Both the position numbers and the translations under genes were made by a program. Source: a virus. From it: a stretch of 44,549 bases of DNA. Positions 35,107 to 41,981 of this stretch are shown piece by piece (within the stretch, counting starts at the first letter, position 1; each line of letters opens with the position of its first letter). The stretch is taken from IMG/VR virus record IMGVR_UViG_3300027362_000003; one strand, given 5' to 3'. The notes beneath the pieces were generated by a model. The model did no database searches. It was not told the DNA's origin and was given only the letters and a program-made list of their open reading frames with translations.

Positions 35107-35829
35107 TTATTTGTTAGGGATCTTCCCCTTGTTTTTCTTAGCTACATATTTATTGAAGTCGTGAATGTCTTGATTTACTTGGGCATTGGTCTGGGCTTCT
35201 TTCTGTTGATCCACTTGGACTGGACTGGGACCAGTAGGAGCAGCCCCTCCAGGGGGTTTAACTTTAGATTTAACATACTCCATAAGATTGGCTTGAGATA
35301 CGGGGGTAGCCCCTTTTACTATAGGAGCTACTCCAGCTATATCTCTTTGTTCTCCAGCTAAAGGTCTCCAGGATTCTTTCCCTTTTAAATCAGGCTTAAG
35401 GTAATTGGTGGTTGCTTCATAATCTTTTATCCGTTTTATGATGGGAGCATTTTCTTCTACTAAGGATTTACTTACTCCCCCTATATAGTCTTTTATATGT
35501 GGAGAAAGGTTATCATACCCCCCCTTACTTGCTTTATATTTATCGTAGATCCCTTGGATATTAGAAGCCTTGGCTTTTTGTTTCTCATTAAGGGCTGTTA
35601 ATTCCCTAAACTCTTGTGCTTGAGTATTTACTGAAGGTTTTTCAAAATATTTATCATCGGCTGTTTGGGTAGGACCTTCTTTCTTAAATTTAAGTATTCT
35701 TTTTAGAGTAGCTTCCCCCTTGGTAAAATGGGGAATAATCTTTCCTGCTGCATCTTTAGTGCCTTGAGGTTCAACCTTCTTGGCAGGAGGTCCAGTTTTC
35801 TTTCCACCATAGACTGTAATTTTTGCCAT
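35107..35829 (-). CDS. Lys-rich hypothetical protein, last large gene of the minus-strand arm
   Basis: 240-aa ORF with an AAGGAAA SD. Confidence 0.65.
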   Translation of the reverse strand: MAKITVYGGKKTGPPAKKVEPQGTKDAAGKIIPHFTKGEATLKRILKFKKEGPTQTADDKYFEKPSVNTQAQEFRELTALNEKQKAKASNIQGIYDKYKASKGGYDNLSPHIKDYIGGVSKSLVEENAPIIKRIKDYEATTNYLKPDLKGKESWRPLAGEQRDIAGVAPIVKGATPVSQANLMEYVKSKVKPPGGAAPTGPSPVQVDQQKEAQTNAQVNQDIHDFNKYVAKKNKGKIPNK

Positions 35830-35942
35830 CTTATTTTCCTTTTTTCTTAGGGAATTTACCTTTTTTTATTTTACTTCCATGTTCATTGGACCATCTACTG
35901 GCAATATCGGGGTGCTTTTTCCATAAGAACCTTCTCTGTTTT

Positions 35943-36473
35943 TCACTTTGGAATGGCATGGTCTTTCTCCAATATTACATCTTCAAAACCTTTAACTCCT
36001 AGGTTATTTATATCACTTTTCAATACGAACCTGGAACTTTTTTTAATTGCCTCAAATATAAACTCGGTACATTTAACTTTCCGTTTTAGTATATTGAATG
36101 GGTTATTAATTGTTTTCTTAAATAACTTAAACATCATCCTGGAATACATTATACCGAACAACTCCATGAAGGCATAAGGTACCCCTATTGACCCCTCACA
36201 AAAACTCTGCACTTTATCGAAATCCTCTCTGGTTACATAAGCATTGTACCGTACACTTATCTTATTCTTCCCACGCCATTCGTAGAAGGAAATCTTCCTG
36301 ACTCCCAGGAAGAAAACCGCTTCGTATATATAATCGCCAATCCTAAGAGCTACATGGGAACTATGATAAAGCGTTGGTCGATTAGTGGACTCCATAAATC
36401 TTATGAACCAAGACAATGGCCACCAAAATATATTCTTAGGAGTAGAAAAATAAACTGAAATTATCAAAAGCAA
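35943..36473 (-). CDS. Putative cell-wall hydrolase of the permuted NlpC/P60 (YiiX/C92-like) papain fold, with hydrophobic N-terminus
   Basis: His-first then Cys order: SSHVALRIGDYIYEA...GV...W, followed by KVKCTEFIFEAI. The N-terminal segment is LLIISVYFSTPKNIFWWPLSWFI. The start is uncertain, either TTG at 36473 or ATG at 36395. Confidence 0.5.
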   Translation of the reverse strand: MLLIISVYFSTPKNIFWWPLSWFIRFMESTNRPTLYHSSHVALRIGDYIYEAVFFLGVRKISFYEWRGKNKISVRYNAYVTREDFDKVQSFCEGSIGVPYAFMELFGIMYSRMMFKLFKKTINNPFNILKRKVKCTEFIFEAIKKSSRFVLKSDINNLGVKGFEDVILEKDHAIPK

Positions 36474-36703
36474 TCCCTCACTTTACCAATTAGACTATCG
36501 TGAGCATTTTTAACTTTCATACCTGAATCCGTATATGATCTACAGGTAGTATAGAGTCTACCATTCATATCATACCCCTTATACTGCCAGCCTACAAAAC
36601 AGTTCATTTTGGGACACTTCCCTTCATTGCAAAGTAGAGGATTGGTCGATACAGTAATCGGTTGAACCGATATAAATAATGCCATTAAAATTGCTGGTAT
36701 CAT
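36464..36703 (-). CDS. Small Cys-rich protein with N-terminal TM/signal segment (possible lysis accessory)
   Basis: 79 aa. GGAGG lies 4 nt before the ATG. The N-terminus is MIPAILMALFISV. Confidence 0.65.
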   Translation of the reverse strand: MIPAILMALFISVQPITVSTNPLLCNEGKCPKMNCFVGWQYKGYDMNGRLYTTCRSYTDSGMKVKNAHDSLIGKVRDCF

Positions 36704-36713
36704 AAAACCTCCA

Positions 36714-38480
36714 TTAATATATTCTTAGGCCAAAAAATTCGCCTGTTAATTGTTGGTAATTAGATAACTCAGTAGCATTTACATCATAATTATAAACTAT
36801 AAATTCTGCCATAAAACCCCTATATCTTTGTCCAGCAGCAGTTGGTCCACCACTCTGACCTATATGAAAATTCTCATTACCAGTATATCTCTGGCCAGTT
36901 ACAATCTGACTGGTGCAGCCTAATATTTTGCCCCAATATACTTGGCTTCTATCTGCCCTTTTAACCATGGACCAAACCTTCCAAGTATCATGTGGAGTTG
37001 TAGTTCCAGTATGGCACCTTTGTGTGTTTAAATTTCCCACATCAAAATAAATTTCTCCAGCATTGTAGGCTTGTCCACCTTGATAAGGAAAATGTGCCAT
37101 CCACCTATTAGAAGCACCATCATTAGCAACTCCAAAGGTCCATGCATTTGAGTTACCACCAAATGGTCTGGCAACTATTAAGACTGTTCCCTCATTCCCA
37201 GCATTGGTTATTGATTGAGCACCTTGGTTGCTATCAAACCAAGTAGCACCGTCTAAATACATATGGGCAATATTAGAATTAAGTTCTGAGTCTACTATAC
37301 CAGCATTTACAATTCTCGGTTGAGCAGCAGCAGTTGTTTGTGTAGCATTTGGATAGGCGGTGTTCTGATTATACCAAATTGTTACATAGCCACTAGTAGT
37401 TCCAACAAAGGCTTTTAGAGCAGTTATATCTGTATAATCTCCACTAAGGCCTATATCCCTTTCTTGGTTATCAGATGACCTTCTTACCCTAAAGAGAGGT
37501 CCAGTATAACTGTCTATTAACTTTCTAAAACTAAAGGCCGCTCTAGGTAGGGCCCCTGTAAACATTGAGAGTCCATTATTTGGAACAGTATAAATAACCC
37601 TAGATAAATTAACAGCACTAAATAATCCTGCAACATCAACAGGATTTGGAGCACCCATACCATCATCATTATTTCCATCACCACCACTACCAGATGCACC
37701 TATACTGGCCCCCGGAGTTCCATCAACATCACCTGAACGTCCAGCCGCAGTTCCCCCTAGTAAGCACCCATCATAAGTTCCAGAACAAGCCCCTCCAGCA
37801 CTACTTGTACCACTATTATATCTTCCAGCAGTACCGCCACCAGCCGTTGTAGTAGTTGCACCTATAGTAACACTTGTCGTTCCACCATCAGTTCCAGCCG
37901 AGCCAGCCGTTGTCTGAATAGGTATTCCACCTTTTCCAATAGTCATATTGAGGACTAAACCAGCAGCAGAGCCTATGGTTCTATGGGCAGTCGCACCAGC
38001 ACCACCGCCACTAGAGGCAGTTCCATCATTAGTGCTGGCTGTTCCTCCACTTCCTCCGCCACCCGTTGCCCAGAATCTAATAGTATCTACTCCAGCAGGA
38101 ATAGTTTTACTTCCACTTTGTGTATATATTTCTGAGCCAATAACACTACCAGTAGCAACTCCTCCAGGCCCAAAATATTGTATTACTACAGTTCCATTTC
38201 CTCCTGCTCCACCGATAATAGAGCAAGCACCATAACCACCTACTCCGCCACCGCCTCCGCCTCCAATCCAATATGCATCACCACCACTTCCACCTGCCCA
38301 TCCTGATGAACCACCACCAGCACCAAAACCAGTAGCGGTCCTTCCAGGATCACAGTTATTAGAGGTTGCACCTGTTCCACCACAACAAGTCGGAGGTCCT
38401 ATCGTTGGAGTAGTATAACCAGTCTGCCAAACCCATTGAGCAAATAAATTAAATGAGATAAGTAATAGGATTAACTTCAT
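36714..38480 (-). CDS. Glycine-rich protein with C-terminal carbohydrate-binding-like (AbfB/LamG-like) domains; candidate receptor-binding protein
   Basis: Hydrophobic leader MKLILLLISFNLFAQ, then long GGxGG-rich beta-helix-like stretches. The pattern AFSFRKLIDSYTGPLFRVRRSSDNQERDIG....WYNQ and the C-terminal F.GFMAEFIVY resemble lectin-type jelly-roll domains. Confidence 0.65.
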   Translation of the reverse strand: MKLILLLISFNLFAQWVWQTGYTTPTIGPPTCCGGTGATSNNCDPGRTATGFGAGGGSSGWAGGSGGDAYWIGGGGGGGVGGYGACSIIGGAGGNGTVVIQYFGPGGVATGSVIGSEIYTQSGSKTIPAGVDTIRFWATGGGGSGGTASTNDGTASSGGGAGATAHRTIGSAAGLVLNMTIGKGGIPIQTTAGSAGTDGGTTSVTIGATTTTAGGGTAGRYNSGTSSAGGACSGTYDGCLLGGTAAGRSGDVDGTPGASIGASGSGGDGNNDDGMGAPNPVDVAGLFSAVNLSRVIYTVPNNGLSMFTGALPRAAFSFRKLIDSYTGPLFRVRRSSDNQERDIGLSGDYTDITALKAFVGTTSGYVTIWYNQNTAYPNATQTTAAAQPRIVNAGIVDSELNSNIAHMYLDGATWFDSNQGAQSITNAGNEGTVLIVARPFGGNSNAWTFGVANDGASNRWMAHFPYQGGQAYNAGEIYFDVGNLNTQRCHTGTTTPHDTWKVWSMVKRADRSQVYWGKILGCTSQIVTGQRYTGNENFHIGQSGGPTAAGQRYRGFMAEFIVYNYDVNATELSNYQQLTGEFFGLRIY

Positions 38481-40840
38481 ATTCCAACACTCCAGCCTAC
38501 GAATAGATGAGCACCTGCTTTTACGAGAGAATAGACTGTATATTTAGAAGCGGTAGCAGCACCATGATTTAAAGGATAATGTACGGTTGTAACTCCGGTA
38601 TGATTAAAAACACAAGTAGTTGCTGTACCACCTTGAGTAATTATAAGCGTATAATTTCCACCGTCATTCATGTTTTGGAGATTAACAGTTCCGCAACTTG
38701 CCGAAGTAATTTGAGTATTTCCAGCATTGAAATCAATAGTTATATCTGTATCTGAATTTAAGGTAGACCAAATCTGCCCTACGGCTGATATGTTTCCCGG
38801 TGTAGAAATATTATTTGAATCATCTATTAATACTCCAGAGTTTTGAATTGTTTTTCCATTAAGGTTATATCTAGCTATAGCATTATCTGTTCCAGTTGTG
38901 GGTCCTACTACATCACCAGTTCCTACTGTTGCCCAGCTAGTAGTACCAGCACCATTTGTGGTTAAGGCTTGTCCTGAAGTACCCCTATCAGTTGGGAGGG
39001 CTATAGAGTTACCTTCGTTATTTATTGTTAATTGGCCCCCGACTTTTACAGGCCCATAGTTATGTAAAATATTTGGGGTTTCCCAATAGGCATTAGAACC
39101 TTCCAAGTGTTTACCATCTGTGTTCCATTTAGGGATATTGTTTACTGTGCTTCCACCTGATCCAACTGAGGATATTACATCCCCTGTAGCTACCGTTGGA
39201 GTAGTCCAAACCATATTAACATTCTTTCTAAAGGAGTCTGCGGTATCCACATTGTTTACGGTTAATACTTGCCCTGCCGTTCCTGCGGCTTGAGGAAGTC
39301 CTATTACATAGTTTTCAACATTTGGCCCTGCCATGGTATTGAATCCAAATCCATTGAAGTAATAAGGAGAGCCTTGTTTAAACATACGAATATCACCAGC
39401 ATTTAAGGTGAATCCATTCTGATATCCCATGTAGATACTTCCGCCTAGTCGTAGATCATTTCCATCAGCAGTTGAAATTGCCTGGGCATTATCGAATCCT
39501 GATATAACCTTTCCTGTAGTGCCAGAATACCAAGCCAGACCTCCGTTTTTAACAACAGTAGGTCCACCGAATTTAACATCACCTGAGCCTCCGCCACCAG
39601 AGCCAGTTCCAATCTTATCGCAACCAAATGGTTCACATACAGTTATAGGATTATTGGATAAGTCAGTATCCCCTTTTTGAAATACAAAATAGGCGGAGAA
39701 TTTAGTTAGTTCCAGGTCTATTGGTTTAATAAAACTGCCTGATAAAACAGCAGCTTTAGCTAGATCCTCACTAAGATAGGAAGCCTGGGCATACATCACA
39801 TAATCATCTTCTCCTAGAGAAGAATATATTCTAGCAAAGCCCCAACCATTACCAGGAATAGCAACTAAACCAGTACCATCATCGTAAACACCAGTTTTAA
39901 AAGTATTTAGTTTTGTTTGAGAAACAGGACCTTCTCTATAGAACTCATAAAAGCTAACAGGAATTGCTGGTGGGGCAGTTTTAGTATTTGGGCTATAAGG
40001 GGAATCGGGGTCAGCACCCCAAAAATAAAGCTCATGGGCACTTCTATCTAATTGCAGTTTATTTGTGGCGTTTGCCGTATAGTTAAGACCTTTAGTCATT
40101 CCTCCAAAGAAGAAGGCTAGACTTCTTAACTGTCCAACAGGATTGGTAGGAAAGGTTTTTCTATCATATATCTTATCTAGGTTCATATCCACTACAGCAA
40201 CAGAGATTAATAAATCTTGTGGTGCTTGCCCTGGAGAACCAGAAATAGTTTGTAATATCCCATTCTCATCTATTACTAGAGTGTGGACCCCAGTTGGCGG
40301 CATAGTTTTTGTTTGCGTTGCCCACTCTACAATGGTTATCCTTGGAAAGGCAGATGCTTCTTCTCCATATCTGGCTATGTAACCAGTACCACTTGCAACA
40401 GTAGCTACATCATCAAGCAGCGAAACTTCTCCACCGTCCTGTACCCCTGTAGTTATAATAGGTGGCGAGATAGCCAACAATTTACCTGCCCTCATGTCAG
40501 CAGGTACATTTACAGAGGTATGGTCTTGAACTACTTTAAAGAACCAGTTCTTATCTGATCCTGTATTTTTAGTCTCACCTATAACATAGTTCTTACCTGC
40601 TACCCACTCCTCTAATAATCCAGTTCCAAAGGCTTGCCATAAAATCCCATCATTCCACTCAAACTTCTTTAAGGTTGTATTAAACCCAAAGCATCCGAAG
40701 CTAGAGGGGCAAGTTGGTCTGGCAGCAGTTGTGAACTGTGGGGGTTTGAATACTGGGTCAAGTAAGATAGTATCGGCTTTTGCGATATATCCGAACAACA
40801 TATAAGAAATAATCAAAAAATTCATCATATCAAACCTCAT
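38477..40840 (-). CDS. Tail fibre/adhesin-like protein sharing modules with the junction-spanning fibre
   Basis: 787 aa. Leader MRFDMMNFLIISYMLFGYIAKA. The module [32 protein letters not shown] and the GQALTTNGAGTTSWATV motif are shared with 41982..44549. Confidence 0.7.
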   Translation of the reverse strand: MRFDMMNFLIISYMLFGYIAKADTILLDPVFKPPQFTTAARPTCPSSFGCFGFNTTLKKFEWNDGILWQAFGTGLLEEWVAGKNYVIGETKNTGSDKNWFFKVVQDHTSVNVPADMRAGKLLAISPPIITTGVQDGGEVSLLDDVATVASGTGYIARYGEEASAFPRITIVEWATQTKTMPPTGVHTLVIDENGILQTISGSPGQAPQDLLISVAVVDMNLDKIYDRKTFPTNPVGQLRSLAFFFGGMTKGLNYTANATNKLQLDRSAHELYFWGADPDSPYSPNTKTAPPAIPVSFYEFYREGPVSQTKLNTFKTGVYDDGTGLVAIPGNGWGFARIYSSLGEDDYVMYAQASYLSEDLAKAAVLSGSFIKPIDLELTKFSAYFVFQKGDTDLSNNPITVCEPFGCDKIGTGSGGGGSGDVKFGGPTVVKNGGLAWYSGTTGKVISGFDNAQAISTADGNDLRLGGSIYMGYQNGFTLNAGDIRMFKQGSPYYFNGFGFNTMAGPNVENYVIGLPQAAGTAGQVLTVNNVDTADSFRKNVNMVWTTPTVATGDVISSVGSGGSTVNNIPKWNTDGKHLEGSNAYWETPNILHNYGPVKVGGQLTINNEGNSIALPTDRGTSGQALTTNGAGTTSWATVGTGDVVGPTTGTDNAIARYNLNGKTIQNSGVLIDDSNNISTPGNISAVGQIWSTLNSDTDITIDFNAGNTQITSASCGTVNLQNMNDGGNYTLIITQGGTATTCVFNHTGVTTVHYPLNHGAATASKYTVYSLVKAGAHLFVGWSVGI

Positions 40841-41943
40841 AATAATGACTTATCAAAAAAGTAAAGCGACCCTGAATCGGTAAAACCCTCATCCTCAAGA
40901 AATCCACTAACTAGAGCATCCCCCAAATAGTTTAAATCTACAAAGTAACCGAATCTACCACCGCTTACCTGATGAGTTCCTTCTAAAGTTTTAGAAGCCA
41001 CTAATAAATTGGTAGATATATTATAGGAAAAAGAACTTCCTCCTGAATTTGTAGCTGCAAAATAACTATAAGAACCCACTAAAGCCTTATTTTCATCACC
41101 GCTAATTGCAACATCCCTTCCAAAGTTATCTCCAGAAGTAAGCGTTTTGGTGTCTATAATACTCCACGAACTACCGTTATATCTTAAAAGATATGCAGAA
41201 TAACTTATACTATGTCCTGCCATTCCTTTTGTTGTTCCTATATCTAAAGAAGTAGGCCAAGTAGATTGGCCTGAGGGTGGAGAGATAGTTCCCTCAGTTG
41301 TTGCACTCGTAATATTATTTTTAAATATATAAATCTTATTAGCTACTCCAGAGCCACCCTTACAAGCTATTTTAGTTCCATCATAAGATATGCTTAAAGT
41401 AGCACCAAAATTAGCTGATGTTACCTTATCGTCTGCTTGTCGGTCATAAGACCTAACAGGGGCGGCTCCAGTCCAAGTAAAAAAAGAAAATATACCAGTA
41501 TTAGAAGCATAATCTGTTTCTGAAGTTACAAAACTTCCATTTGATGCCATATCGCAAGTACTACCAAAAATTGGAGTTCCCCCAACAGAACTTACCTGAC
41601 CCCCTCTAGTTACGGTATCTCCACTCCTTGTAAAATAATGAACTGCCGCTACGTCACCAGCTATTAATTTTGTTCCATCACTATTTATTCCTACGCATCT
41701 TGCTCCGCTTGCTCCAGGTAGAGTATAGGTATATATTAAGGTCCAAGTTGGAGCAGTTTTCTTATATACAAATATTTTACTTGCCCCAACATGGCCCACA
41801 ATAAGAAATAATCCATCCCCAGAAAGTCTAGGTCTGTTACCAAATTGCTGGTTAGCTGGTTGGGGGCTCTCTATATAATAAATGGTGGCTGGCGGTCCTG
41901 CTGATTTTAAAAAAGCAAATGGAATGGGGAACATCCCTACCAA
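40837..41943 (-). CDS. FG-GAP-like seven-bladed beta-propeller protein
   Basis: It has six clear repeats and one degenerate repeat of FG..(v)..s.DG..l..G....(i)y.F, for example FGNRPRLSGDGLFLIVG, FGATLSISYDGTKIACKG, FGRDVAISGDENKALVGS. The start is uncertain (TTG at 41943), and the frame stays open up to an ATA at 41985. Confidence 0.7.
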   Translation of the reverse strand: MVGMFPIPFAFLKSAGPPATIYYIESPQPANQQFGNRPRLSGDGLFLIVGHVGASKIFVYKKTAPTWTLIYTYTLPGASGARCVGINSDGTKLIAGDVAAVHYFTRSGDTVTRGGQVSSVGGTPIFGSTCDMASNGSFVTSETDYASNTGIFSFFTWTGAAPVRSYDRQADDKVTSANFGATLSISYDGTKIACKGGSGVANKIYIFKNNITSATTEGTISPPSGQSTWPTSLDIGTTKGMAGHSISYSAYLLRYNGSSWSIIDTKTLTSGDNFGRDVAISGDENKALVGSYSYFAATNSGGSSFSYNISTNLLVASKTLEGTHQVSGGRFGYFVDLNYLGDALVSGFLEDEGFTDSGSLYFFDKSLL

Positions 41944-41981
41944 TAGAAACCAAGAGAATAAGAAGAATGTTAAGATAGTTC

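Noticed and set aside
37517-38235. His-rich and Pro-rich ORFs at 37646..37852 (+) and 37948..38235 (+), and ORF 37517..37699 (-).
   Set aside because: These are alternative-frame or antisense readings of the glycine-rich (GGN-repeat) region of gene 36714..38480, so they are a compositional artefact.
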